This document shows, piece after piece, positions 34,201 through 46,651 of a stretch of DNA of 64,000 nt. Location of the stretch: positions 62,001 through 126,000 of the forward strand of contig JAUCBJ010001071.1 in assembly GCA_032718475.1 (NCBI GenBank), read 5' to 3'. Numbering within the stretch: position 1 is the first letter of the stretch; every line of letters begins with the position of its first letter. This stretch comes from Nemertoderma westbladi (Eukaryota > Animalia > Xenacoelomorpha). A program made the position numbers and the translations under genes. The notes beneath the pieces were generated by a model. That model saw only the letters and a list, made by a program, of their open reading frames with translations. It was not told the origin of the DNA and searched no databases.

Positions 34201-36111
34201 TCGATTTCTTGTCAGTCTCAAAGAAACCTCACAGTAGTAGTAAAAAGGGATAAATGTGCGGAGGTCGATTTCTTGTCAGTCTCAAAGAAACCTCACAGTA
34301 GTAGTAAAAAGGGATAAATGTGCGGAGGTCGATTTCTTGTCAGTCTCAAAGAAACCTCACAGTAGTAGTAAAAAGGGATAAATGTGCGGAGGTCGATTTC
34401 TTGTCAGTCTCAAAGAAACCTCACAGTAGTAGTAAAAAGGGATAAATGTGCGGAGGTCGATTTCTTGTCAGTCTCAAAGAAACCTCACAGTAGTAGTAAA
34501 AAGGGATAAATGTGCGGAGGTCGATTTCTTGTCAGTCTCAAAGATACCTCACAGTAGTAGTAAAAAGGGATAAATGTGCGGAGGTCGATTTCTTGTCAGT
34601 CTCAAAGATACCTCACAGTAGTAGTAAAAAGGGATAAATGTGCGGAGGTCGATTTCTTGTCAGTCACAAAGAAACCTCACAGTAGTAGTAAAAAGGGATA
34701 AATGTGCGGACGTCGATTTCTTGTCAGTCTCAAAGAAACCTCACAGTAGTAGTAAAAAGGGATAAATGTGCGGAGGTCGATTTCTTGTCAGTCTCAAAGA
34801 AACCTCACAGTAGTAGTAAAAAGGGATAAATGTGCGGAGGTCGATTTCTTGTCAGTCTCAAAGAACCCTCACAGTAGTAGTAAAAAGGGATAAATGTGCG
34901 GTGGTCGATTTCTTGTCAGTCTCAAAGAAACCTCACAGTAGTAGTAAAAAGGGATAAATGTGCGGAGGTCGATTTCTTGTCAGCCACAAAGAAACCTCAC
35001 AGTAGTAGTAAAAAGGGATAAATGTGCGGAGGTCGATTTCTTGTCAGTCTCAAAGAAACCTCACAGTAGTAGTAAAAAGGGATAAATGTGCGGAGGTCGA
35101 TTTCTTGTCAGTCTCAAAGAAACCTCACAGTAGTAGTAAAAAGGGATAAATGTGCGGAGGTCGATTTCTTGTCAGTCTCAAAGAAACCTCACAGTAGTAG
35201 TAAAAAGGGATAAATGTGCGGAGGTCGATTTCTTGTCAGTCTCAAAGAAACCTCACAGTAGTAGTAAAAAGGGATAAATGTGCGGAGGTCCATTTCTTGT
35301 CAGTCTCAAAGAAACCTCACAGTAGTAGTAAAAAGGGATAAATGTGCGGAGGTCGATTTCTTGTCAGTCTCAAAGAAACCTCACAGTAGTAGTAAAAAGG
35401 GATAAATGTGCGGAGGTCCATTTCTTGTCAGTCTCAAAGATACCTCACAGTAGTAGTAAAAAGGGATAAATGTGCGGAGGTCGATTTCTTGTCAGTCTCA
35501 AAGAAACCTCACAGTAGTAGTAAAAAGGGATAAATGTGCGGAGGTCGATTTCTTGTCAGTCTCAAAGAAACCTCACAGTAGTAGTAAAAAGGGATAAATG
35601 TGCGGAGGTCGATTTCTTGTCAGTCTCAAAGAAACCTCACAGTAGTAGTAAAAAGGGATAAATGTGCGGAGGTCGATTTCTTGTCAGTCTCAAAGAAACC
35701 TCACAGTAGTAGTAAAAAGGGATAAATGTGTGGAGGTCGATTTCTTGTCAGTCTCAAAGAAACCTCACAGTAGTAGTAAAAAGGGATAAATGTGTGGAGG
35801 TCGATTTCTTGTCAGTCTCAAAGAAACCTCACAGTAGTAGTAAAAAGGGATAAATGTGTGGAGGTCGATTTCTTGTCAGTCTCAAAGAAACCTCACAGTA
35901 GTAGTAAAAAGGGATAAATGTGTGGAGGTCGATTTCTTGTCAGTCTCAAAGAAACCTCACAGTAGTAGTAAAAGGGGATAAATGTGTGGAGGTCGATTTC
36001 TTGTCAGTCTCAAAGAAACCTCACAGTAGTAGTAAAAAGGGATAAATGTGCGGAGGTCGATTTCTTGTCAGTCTCAAAGAAACCTCACAGTAGTAGTAAA
36101 AAGGGATAAAT
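31287..36111. repeat. 64-bp satellite array 1 (~75 units)
   Basis: Unit AGTAGTAGTAAAAAGGGATAAATGTGCGGAGGTCGATTTCTTGTCAGTCTCAAAGAAACCTCAC; near-identical copies with no spacers. Confidence 0.98.
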
Positions 36112-37354
36112 GCGGCCACCAACTATCCCAGGTTAAAGTTTACTCCTTATAATGCATGTGGAGCTACTTCAATATATATTAAGCAAATAATAGGTTCAAA
36201 GGTCAAAGGTCATTGTAGATAAACAAATAATAGGTTCTCACACGCTGATCAAAGGTCATTGTAGATAAAAAATGAGAATGTATGAGTAGGCTTTGGTTTG
36301 GAAACCAAGGTATTGAAACCTCCTCAATATATGATTTATATTGATATTCAAGTGCTCATGCCATGAGCACTTTACCAACGGTCAAGAGGTTTTGAAAGTT
36401 AATTAAAGTAATTTTTATAATGACTTGCATTCTATATAGTTTAATCCTGGGATCAAAGGTTAATGTACTTTCAGAAAACAACATTGATCAAGCAATAGAG
36501 TCTAAAAAAACTAAAACAACTACATGGGTTCAAGAAATGGAAGGTAGAGAGTCAGGGTTGATATTTAATGGAATCACTGAAGCTAAATCAAAATTATCTG
36601 TTTTTTCAAATATGGGTGGGTCTAGTTTTATAAAACTACCTTTTAGATCAACCTATATTGTCAATGTGAAGAATGATGATGAAAAATGTTTCCTATGGAG
36701 CATATTAGCACACATCCAACCCAAATCAGAACATAGATATCGAGTTACTAAGTATAAACCATTTGGAAATATCCTAAATATGAAAGGTATAGATTACCCA
36801 GTCTCTTTAAAGTCAATTAACAAAAACAAAACAATTATGCTATTAATGTATTTTGTATTGAAGATAAGAAAGCTCTTCTTCCCCTTCGTATTAGTAATTT
36901 CAGAGATAGAGAGCAGATAGACTTGTTGCTTCTTACAGATGGTAAGAAACAACATTATACTTTGATTACAAAATTTTCATCATTTTTAAATCGCTTCATT
37001 CGAACAAATACATCGCTTACTCGCTCGTTGTGTTACTGTCGGAATTGTCTGAGAAGTTTCTTTAAAACAGAAGGTCTACAAAAGCATGAAGAATTATGTT
37101 ATGGGAATAAATCAGCAAAAATCATCATGCCTATAAAAATCAAAAATAATATTCTAAAATTCGAAAAGTATTGGTATAAGTCAAAGCTACCTTTTGTTAT
37201 TGTTGCAGACTTTGAAAGCATAAATGTACCAATGAACCAGATTGATCTATTATGCAAACAAATTCCTTACCAGACTGACAAAAAATTTCAAACTGCAGTA
37301 AAATTTCAACTACTTTTTTACACCAATTTATCACAAATTATCATATTCACCTAA
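36089..37354 (+). mobile_element. Polinton/Maverick relic (unit 2): AGTAGTAGT terminus, TIR-like region with AAGGTCA repeats, truncated PolB (36420-37354)
   Basis: An (AGT)n terminus typical of Polintons, followed within ~400 bp by PolB motifs CFLWSILA...PFVIVADFES. Confidence 0.7.
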
Positions 37355-37559
37355 TTTTTCACTTAAAAACTGATGGATTCAAATTTTCTGAAAATAGTTC
37401 ATATGTTCTGACTATATGAGCACAATATGATTAGAAGTTCATACAGAGTAGAGTTGCACCAATCCAAATGGTCTGTCCAATATATTTATTGTCTTGCTGT
37501 AACTAAGATTATTTATAAAATTGGTTTACTTAAGAAATCAAAACTAATAGAAAATTTTT

Positions 37560-40499
37560 ATGGCTACTACTATGTGAAAACATGATTAAACCAACTAGTA
37601 TTGATACTACCCAGTTCCTGACATTTGAACAAATGGGGTTGAGAACCCCGAAGTCAGCTTGCATGCATCTACTGTTAGAGAATGCCTATGAGTCTAATCT
37701 TTTGACTGATATATCAAAAGTAGATTATCTAGCAGGCAATGGAGGTAATATGTTCCTTCAAGATGTGCCTGAATTGGAAATGTTTGTTGATGATCGTTAT
37801 GTAATAATAATAATAATAATAATATAATAATATCTAAGATGTGTATGGGTATCTTCGAGAAGATCAAGTCGTGAGAACCAAAAGTTATATCATGTTAACA
37901 ACTGGAAGGTTTGGGTCTGCCTCTTATATTGTGGAGAAGCTGAGGAGGGAGGCAACACAAACAATCGGTAAGAACTGTGGTGACTTTATACACACAAAAA
38001 TATTAGCCTCTGTACCATTACAATCTCATGGACTGATAATGCAAACAGTGCATAAAATTGAAGGAGAGATGAATGATAAATATATCAAAAACTGGAAAAA
38101 CCTGGAACAAAAAGAACCTATTGCTGTCTTTGTTGCAAAGTTGGATGTATCTGTAATCAAGCTAGATGATCTGCAGGAGCACTTGGCTGAATTTGGTGAG
38201 TACTACAGACATGTGGATGGGGAATATACTCTGTTGACTACACAAAGGACTTTGCTGGAACCCTCGATAGGAAGGCAATAGTCAAACATCTAGTGGAAAC
38301 AAAAGGTTGGAGGTTGGAAGGGACATTTCAAGCAGAATTGGAGGGTGATCAGCTCACAATTTCGGAAAACACTTCATCTGTGGGAAACCATGTGTTGACA
38401 TACATCACATCTTGGGGCGGGAATACAATGAGAGTGAAGCTGTACAACAAAATTGTTTGTCAGTTTCAAGCAGGAGAAGTATTGGAGAATTTTGGAGGGC
38501 ATTTGGCAGACTACGCTGATTGCAGGAACCCTGTCCTTCGGAAATCCTTAGAACATCCATTGATCCAGCAATATGGATGTACAAGAGTTGAGATATCCTT
38601 GTACTCTATGAATTACATATCTAGAGATCTTGGTGCGGAAGTGATGAGAAGTGCATTAGAAAACAGACAGCCATATCAGGGATTATTTGTTCAGCCAAGT
38701 GGGAGGAATCACTGGCTAGCTCTAGCAAAAGAGCTGACAAGGTGTTGTGTCATTGCGTCTAAGACAACAGGAACAATCTACGTAGCTTGGTATGCTCACA
38801 CAAGAACTGGAAAAGTTTCTGGAGTGAAAGTGCAGTGTAAGTTAGATATACAAGAAAATAGACAAAGATTGGAGAAGGCTATATTGTGGAGTTGTTCAGG
38901 TTGTTGTTCAGGATTGTTTTTGCAGTTTGCAGTTTCTGAACATACGTGAGCGGGGGACTGAAACAAAGGCCTTGAAGAAGTCAACAAAGATAACATCCAG
39001 ATGCCTGTCTTTCTTTTTTGATAACTCTTCAATTATCCTTCTAAGTGCCAAAATGGGTTCCATGGTCCCACGACCTTTACGGAACCCATTCTGATTTCCA
39101 CGGAGCAGTCTCTCAATGGGATCCCTGATGCGATTTAATAGAATTCTATTGTATAGCTTTGCAGCAATCGAGATCAATGAGATTCCCCTAAAAGAACCAT
39201 AGAGTGTTAGGTTGCCCTTCTTGGGAACTGGCACCAACTTATTTGTTTTCATTTCTTGTGGGACTCTTGTTGTTCTGTACATGTCTACTATGATGGGATA
39301 TATGAGCTTTAAACACTCAGGTATTTTAAAGGGGGTTAATGTTGATGTCCTGCAAAAACAATACTTTGCTCATCGGAAATACCAACACAGTGTAGGTGAG
39401 TTCAAGCAAGAATTCCATTGGAAGAAATGTTGCCACCAACAGATTTCATAGAATGGACTTGGAGAAAAGAGCCTTGCAAATCATTGGGAACAGCAAAGAT
39501 GCAATGGAAACTACAAGAGGTGCCTGAATACTTGCAAACACATCAGGTATCTTGGTTGTCAACGTGGAAAAGAGCGCAGAGGAACATTGATATTGTAGAT
39601 TATTTAGAATGTGAGAAATGGAGACAAGAGGCACTGCAAAGAAGTGCAAGAAATCGAGAAGAAGTAGCCCTGATACACAAAAGGTTGCTGGAGTACAAGA
39701 AAAGAAAACAACATGAAATGAACAAAAGGAATATGTTTTGAATCTATTGAAGCACACTCCCATAAAAAAAATTTGTGAGTTGGATGGTAAGAAACCATTA
39801 AAAGTAATAGTGCTTGGATTTCGACAAGCAACTGGACCCTACCAAAGATACGAAATGTTGCTTTCAATTGATGATGAAATTTCCAAGATATATTCTAACC
39901 GAGGCTTGGAGTGTGTTTTAGATGAATTGAGAGATGCTTTTCACAGAGCCCAAGAGCAAACTACAAGAGAAAATTATTTTTTGGTTGACGGAGCGCTGGA
40001 AATTGAAATTCAAGCACCCAAACAGTTCAATAATGAGCAGCAGCAGTTAATCATTTGGTATCCAATTAAATTATTGAGAAGCCCAATTGAAGGCGAACAA
40101 CAAAATATACAAGAAATATTGAAGAAAGTCGAAAATGAATATGAGAAGGCCAAGTCCATGTGTTTGGTTGAATATCATGCAAAGGAAAAGAGGAGTGTGA
40201 GAAAAGTGCTTGAATTGGAAGAAGGTGAGTATAAATGTATAGCATATTGGAACCAGAGCTATAGAGGAAAAGTGCGTCATATATTATACTTGCAGGATAA
40301 AGCTGGTGAATCGGCAAGACCAGTGTATGGCTATTTCTCGCAGAAAGAAGTTGAGGAAATGCATTGTGATTTGTCCACAGTATTATCTCCATTGCTAGTG
40401 AAAGTTGGAAGAACAAAGACAACACCACAGAAGAACAAGGATAGAATCATCACTTTAGCCCACACTCTGCTTAGCACAACAACCATGTCAGAGCCCTAG
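37560..40499 (+). pseudogene. Rep_trans-like ORF, unit 2 (TAA-repeat insertion, frameshifts, RT fragment)
   Basis: Same motifs as unit 1. Retains the segment LAKELTRCCVIASKTTGTIYVAWYAH that is deleted in units 1 and 3. Confidence 0.6.
38900..39349 (-). pseudogene. Internal fragment of an RTE-type LINE reverse transcriptase replacing ~105 bp of the Rep-like ORF
   Basis: VPVPKKGNL...FRGISLISIAAKLYNRILLNRI...QNGFRKGRGT...LRRIIE. Confidence 0.85.
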
Positions 40500-41555
40500 G
40501 ATTAGCACAACAACCGTGTCAGAGCCCTAGGTTTAGCACAACAACCGTGTCAGAGCCCTAGGTTTAGCACGACAACCGTGTCAAAGCCCTAGGTTTAGCA
40601 CGACAGTGATAATTGTATACTCAACTTATGTACAGTAGGCCTACATAAACTGAAACTGAGAACAATTTTGCCTATTAAATAAAAGTGGTGCATACTGCAC
40701 ATATATGCAACAGACACCATCTGATGAAGAAAGCAATATAGTCCGATTCAAAAAATGCATAAAGAGTGTTTTGTATTACGAGTGGTAAGGCGACCTTTCT
40801 ATATGGTTTGGGGGATACGGTTGGTATATGGCAGTTGGGGGGAAAAGGTCATGTTATGGCGGGGAAAGTATTTTGACCACCAAAAATGGTATTTTGCAAA
40901 CACAAAATCTTAGCAGGTTAAATATTTGGGCAACTATGCATTACATAGATGCATGCGAAAACGTTACGAAAAAATGGCAAGAAAGAGACCCAATAAAGCC
41001 TGGCAAAATGCAGAGAAATGTCGAAAATGTTGCTAAAAAGTGCTAAATTTTGAAAAATGCCAAATCAAACCCCCCAAACCATTGCAAAATACTGAAAAAT
41101 TCTGAACATTTTCCCCCAAATCATGCGTTTTAGAGGCTTTTTGCCAAGCGTCGGACTTGGCAAAAGTGACATTTTCCCCCAAATCATGCGTTTTAGAGGC
41201 TTTTTGCCAAGCAACGGACTTGGCAAAAGAGACATTTTCCCCCAAATCATGCATTTTAGAGGCTTTTTGCCAAGCGTCGGACTTGGCAAAAGGACATTTT
41301 CCCTGAAACACCCGTTTCAGTATAGAGGCGCCCTACGCCTCTGAGTTCCGTTTTTCTCTGTATTTCTGTGCAGTTTCGAAAAGCGGAGTAAGTTTACAAC
41401 ATAACGAGAATGCCAAATCAAACCCCCAAACCATTGCAACATACTGAAAAATGATGAAAATGATGTGCAAAAGGGACATTTCCCCCAAAAACACGCGTTT
41501 GTAATTGATTTTGATTTGATTTATATTATAGTATTATATTTGTATTTGATTTTCA

Positions 41556-42374
41556 TTACAGAAAAGCCAGAAAGCCTTGTATGAAGTTTCGGAGATTTTG
41601 CATGGCGTCCTCGATGCTGACCATCTGAAACCGTTGGTGCTGATTATAGTGGTCGGTACAGACTCCAAGGATTCCAACTTCCAGCGTTCTTGCGTAGGGA
41701 GTTCTCTTTATGGTTGTTATAATCCCCGCCACCTCCCACTCGTAGAAGTCACGCACCGCGGACGGATCCTGTGCTCTTTTGGGGCCACATGTGCTGGTAG
41801 ACAACTTGGTATTCTGGGGTTGGGACACGTGGACGTAGTTGACTGCAGTCGGGGAGGGAAACCCTTCCTGTGCTCCGTGATTTTTCTGGTTGTATTGGTC
41901 TGAAAGGAGAAAGTAGGAATTTTGCTATACCTCAACCTCCGAAGAAATTTTTGCCTATTTTTATGGACACACGTGAAAACACTCTTCATTTTATTCTCAT
42001 TTTTGAATGTACCTTTATTGCAGCTCTGAAGCCATCAAACAATGAATATAGTCCCGTGTCAAGGACGAATAATAGGCCTACGTCAATCGAATATCCTTTT
42101 TCAACCTATCAAAAAAAATAACTTTACTATAAAGAGATTTGAAAAGATTGTTGCCGAAATCCAAAGGGTGGCTTACCGTGAACAACGATGTCATTTTCGT
42201 CTTGCTGTAACACGACGACTGTTCCTATATCCATGTGCGCCGACCCTGTTCCAAATTTGAAGAAAAATTTCAGATTCTGGGCTTCATGCAGGATCTTTTT
42301 TGTTGCTCCGTAGCTGTCGAACGAACTCGAAAAGGCAGCTCTTACCACCAACACGTTTTTTTTTTATTGTGAGG
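41556..42374 (-). CDS. Second copy of the putative two-exon convergent gene
   Basis: Nearly identical to 30468-31286, including the splice sites. Confidence 0.55.
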
Positions 42375-45300
42375 AGTAGTAGTAAAAAGGGATAAATATT
42401 GTGCGGAGGTCGATTTCTTGTCAGTCTCAAAGAAACCTCACAGTAGTAGTAAAAAGGGATAAATGTGCGGAGGTCGATTTCTTGTCAGTCTCAAAGAAAC
42501 CTCACAGTAGTAGTAAAAAGGGATAAATGTGCGGAGGTCGATTTCTTGTCAGTCTCAAAGAAACCTCACAGTAGTAGTAAAAAGGGATAAATGTGCGGAG
42601 GTCGATTTCTTGTCAGTCTCAAAGAAACCTCACAGTAGTAGTAAAAAGGGATAAATGTGCGGAGGTCGATTTCTTGTCAGTCTCAAAGAAACCTCACAGT
42701 AGTAGTAAAAAGGGATAAATGTGCGGAGGTCGATTTCTTGTCAGTCTCAAAGAAACCTCACAGTAGTAGTAAAAAGGGATAAATGTATGGAGGTCGATTT
42801 CTTGTCAGTCTCAAAGAAACCTCACAGTAGTAGTAAAAAGGGATAAATGTGCGGAGGTCGATTTCTTGTCAGTCTCAAAGAAACCTCACAGTAGTAGTAA
42901 AAAGGGATAAATGTGCGGAGGTCGATTTCTTGTCAGTCTCAAAGAAACCTCACAGTAGTAGTAAAAAGGGATAAATGTGCGGAGGTCGATTTCTTGTCAG
43001 TCTCAAAGAAACCTCACAGTAGTAGTAAAAAGGGATAAATGTGCGGAGGTCGATTTCTTGTCAGTCTCAAAGAAACCTCACAGTAGTAGTAAAAAGGGAT
43101 AAATGTGCGGAGGTCGATTTCTTGTCAGTCTCAAAGAAACCTCACAGTAGTAGTAAAAAGGGATAAATGTGCGGAGGTCGATTTCTTGTCAGTCTCAAAG
43201 AAACCTCACAGTAGTAGTAAAAAGGGATAAATGTGCGGAGGTCGATTTCTTGTCAGTCTCAAAGAAACCTCACAGTAGTAGTAAAAAGGGATAAATGTGC
43301 GGAGGTCGATTTCTTGTCAGTCTCAAAGAAACCTCACAGTAGTAGTAAAAAGGGATAAATGTGCGGAGGTCGATTTCTTGTCAGTCTCAAAGAAACCTCA
43401 CAGTAGTAGTAAAAAGGGATAAATGTGCGGAGGTCGATTTCTTGTCAGTCTCAAAGAAACCTCACAGTAGTAGTAAAAAGGGATAAATGTATGGAGGTCG
43501 ATTTCTTGTCAGTCTCAAAGAAACCTCACAGTAGTAGTAAAAAGGGATAAATGTGCGGAGGTCGATTTCTTGTCAGTCTCAAAGAAACCTCACAGTAGTA
43601 GTAAAAAGGGATAAATGTGCGGAGGTCGATTTCTTGTCAGTCTCAAAGAAACCTCACAGTAGTAGTAAAAAGGGATAAATGTGCGGAGGTCGATTTCTTG
43701 TCAGTCTCAAAGAAACCTCACAGTAGTAGTAAAAACGGATAAATGTGCGGAGGTCGATTTCTTGTCAGTCTCAAAGAAACCTCACAGTAGTAGTAAAAAG
43801 GGATAAATGTGCGGAGGTCGATTTCTTGTCAGTCTCAAAGAAACCTCACAGTAGTAGTAAAAAGGGATAAATGTGCGGAGGTCGATTTCTTGTCAGTCTC
43901 AAAGAAACCTCACAGTAGTAGTAAAAAGGGATAAATGTGCGGAGGTCGATTTCTTGTCAGTCTCAAAGAAACCTCACAGTAGTAGTAAAAAGGGATAAAT
44001 GTGCGGAGGTCGATTTCTTGTCAGTCTCAAAGAAACCTCACAGTAGTAGTAAAAAGGGATAAATGTGCGGAGGTCGATTTCTTGTCAGTCTCAAAGAAAC
44101 CTCACAGTAGTAGTAAAAAGGGATAAATGTGCGGAGGTCGATTTCTTGTCAGTCTCAAAGAAACCTCACAGTAGTAGTAAAAAGGGATAAATGTGCGGAG
44201 GTCGATTTCTTGTCAGTCTCAAAGAAACCTCACAGTAGTAGTAAAAAGGGATAAATGTATGGAGGTCGATTTCTTGTCAGTCTCAAAGAAACCTCACAGT
44301 AGTAGTAAAAAGGGATAAATGTGCGGAGGTCGATTTCTTGTCAGTCTCAAAGAAACCTCACAGTAGTAGTAAAAAGGGATAAATGTGCGGAGGTCGATTT
44401 CTTGTCAGTCTCAAAGAAACCTCACAGTAGTAGTAAAAAGGGATAAATGTGCGGAGGTCGATTTCTTGTCAGTCTCAAAGAAACCTCACAGTAGTAGTAA
44501 AAAGGGATAAATGTGCGGAGGTCGATTTCTTGTCAGTCTCAAAGAAACCTCACAGTAGTAGTAAAAAGGGATAAATGTGCGGAGGTCGATTTCTTGTCAG
44601 TCTCAAAGAACCCTCACAGTAGTAGTAAAAAGGGATAAATGTGCGGTGGTCGATTTCTTGTCAGTCTCAAAGAAACCTCACAGTAGTAGTAAAAAGGGAT
44701 AAATGTGCGGAGGTCGATTTCTTGTCAGCCACAAAGAAACCTCACAGTAGTAGTAAAAAGGGATAAATGTGCGGAGGTCGATTTCTTGTCAGTCTCAAAG
44801 AAACCTCACAGTAGTAGTAAAAAGGGATAAATGTGCGGAGGTCGATTTCTTGTCAGTCTCAAAGAAACCTCACAGTAGTAGTAAAAAGGGATAAATGTGC
44901 GGAGGTCGATTTCTTGTCAGTCTCAAAGAAACCTCACAGTAGTAGTAAAAAGGGATAAATGTGCGGAGGTCGATTTCTTGTCAGTCTCAAAGAAACCTCA
45001 CAGTAGTAGTAAAAAGGGATAAATGTGCGGAGGTCCATTTCTTGTCAGTCTCAAAGAAACCTCACAGTAGTAGTAAAAAGGGATAAATGTGCGGAGGTCG
45101 ATTTCTTGTCAGTCTCAAAGAAACCTCACAGTAGTAGTAAAAAGGGATAAATGTGCGGAGGTCCATTTCTTGTCAGTCTCAAAGATACCTCACAGTAGTA
45201 GTAAAAAGGGATAAATGTGCGGAGGTCGATTTCTTGTCAGTCTCAAAGAAACCTCACAGTAGTAGTAAAAAGGGATAAATGTGCGGAGGTCGATTTCTTG

Positions 45301-45408
45301 TCAGTCTCAAAGAAACCTCACAGTAGTAGTAAAAAGGGATAAATGTGCGGAGGTCGATTTCTTGTCAGTCTCAAAGAAACCTCACAGTAGTAGTAAAAAG
45401 GGATAAAT
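42375..45408. repeat. 64-bp satellite array 2 (~47 units)
   Basis: Same unit as array 1, with the same ordered variant units near the right end. Confidence 0.98.
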
Positions 45409-46651
45409 GCGGCCACCAACTATCCCAGGTTAAAGTTTACTCCTTATAATGCATGTGGAGCTACTTCAATATATATTAAGCAAATAATAGGTTCAAAGGT
45501 CAAAGGTCATTGTAGATAAACAAATAATAGGTTCTCACACGCTGATCAAAGGTCATTGTAGATAAAAAATGAGAATGTATGAGTAGGCTTTGGTTTGGAA
45601 ACCAAGGTATTGAAACCTCCTCAATATATGATTTATATTGATATTCAAGTGCTCATGCCATGAGCACTTTACCAACGGTCAAGAGGTTTTGAAAGTTAAT
45701 TAAAGTAATTTTTATAATGACTTGCATTCTATATAGTTTAATCCTGGGATCAAAGGTTAATGTACTTTCAGAAAACAACATTGATCAAGCAATAGAGTCT
45801 AAAAAAACTAAAACAACTACATGGGTTCAAGAAATGGAAGGTAGAGAGTCAGGGTTGATATTTAATGGAATCACTGAAGCTAAATCAAAATTATCTGTTT
45901 TTTCAAATATGGGTGGGTCTAGTTTTATAAAACTACCTTTTAGATCAACCTATATTGTCAATGTGAAGAATGATGATGAAAAATGTTTCCTATGGAGCAT
46001 ATTAGCACACATCCAACCCAAATCAGAACATAGATATCGAGTTACTAAGTATAAACCATTTGGAAATATCCTAAATATGAAAGGTATAGATTACCCAGTC
46101 TCTTTAAAGTCAATTAACAAAAACAAAACAATTATGCTATTAATGTATTTTGTATTGAAGATAAGAAAGCTCTTCTTCCCCTTCGTATTAGTAATTTCAG
46201 AGATAGAGAGCAGATAGACTTGTTGCTTCTTACAGATGGTAAGAAACAACATTATACTTTGATTACAAAATTTTCATCATTTTTAAATCGCTTCATTCGA
46301 ACAAATACATCGCTTACTCGCTCGTTGTGTTACTGTCGGAATTGTCTGAGAAGTTTCTTTAAAACAGAAGGTCTACAAAAGCATGAAGAATTATGTTATG
46401 GGAATAAATCAGCAAAAATCATCATGCCTATAAAAATCAAAAATAATATTCTAAAATTCGAAAAGTATTGGTATAAGTCAAAGCTACCTTTTGTTATTGT
46501 TGCAGACTTTGAAAGCATAAATGTACCAATGAACCAGATTGATCTATTATGCAAACAAATTCCTTACCAGACTGACAAAAAATTTCAAACTACAGTAAAA
46601 TTTCAACTACTTTTTTACACCAATTTATCACAAATTATCATATTCACCTAA
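45386..46651 (+). mobile_element. Polinton/Maverick relic (unit 3): terminus plus truncated PolB
   Basis: Near-identical to 36089-37354 at an offset of 9297 bp. Confidence 0.7.

Noticed and set aside
31287-36111. CRISPR-like array (regular repeats with a partial hairpin)
   Set aside because: Units are contiguous and identical, with no unique spacers and no cas genes, in a eukaryotic context.
37801-37838. Tiny GT-AG intron in the Rep-like ORF
   Set aside because: Splicing does not restore the frame. An insertion with an ATGT duplication explains it better.
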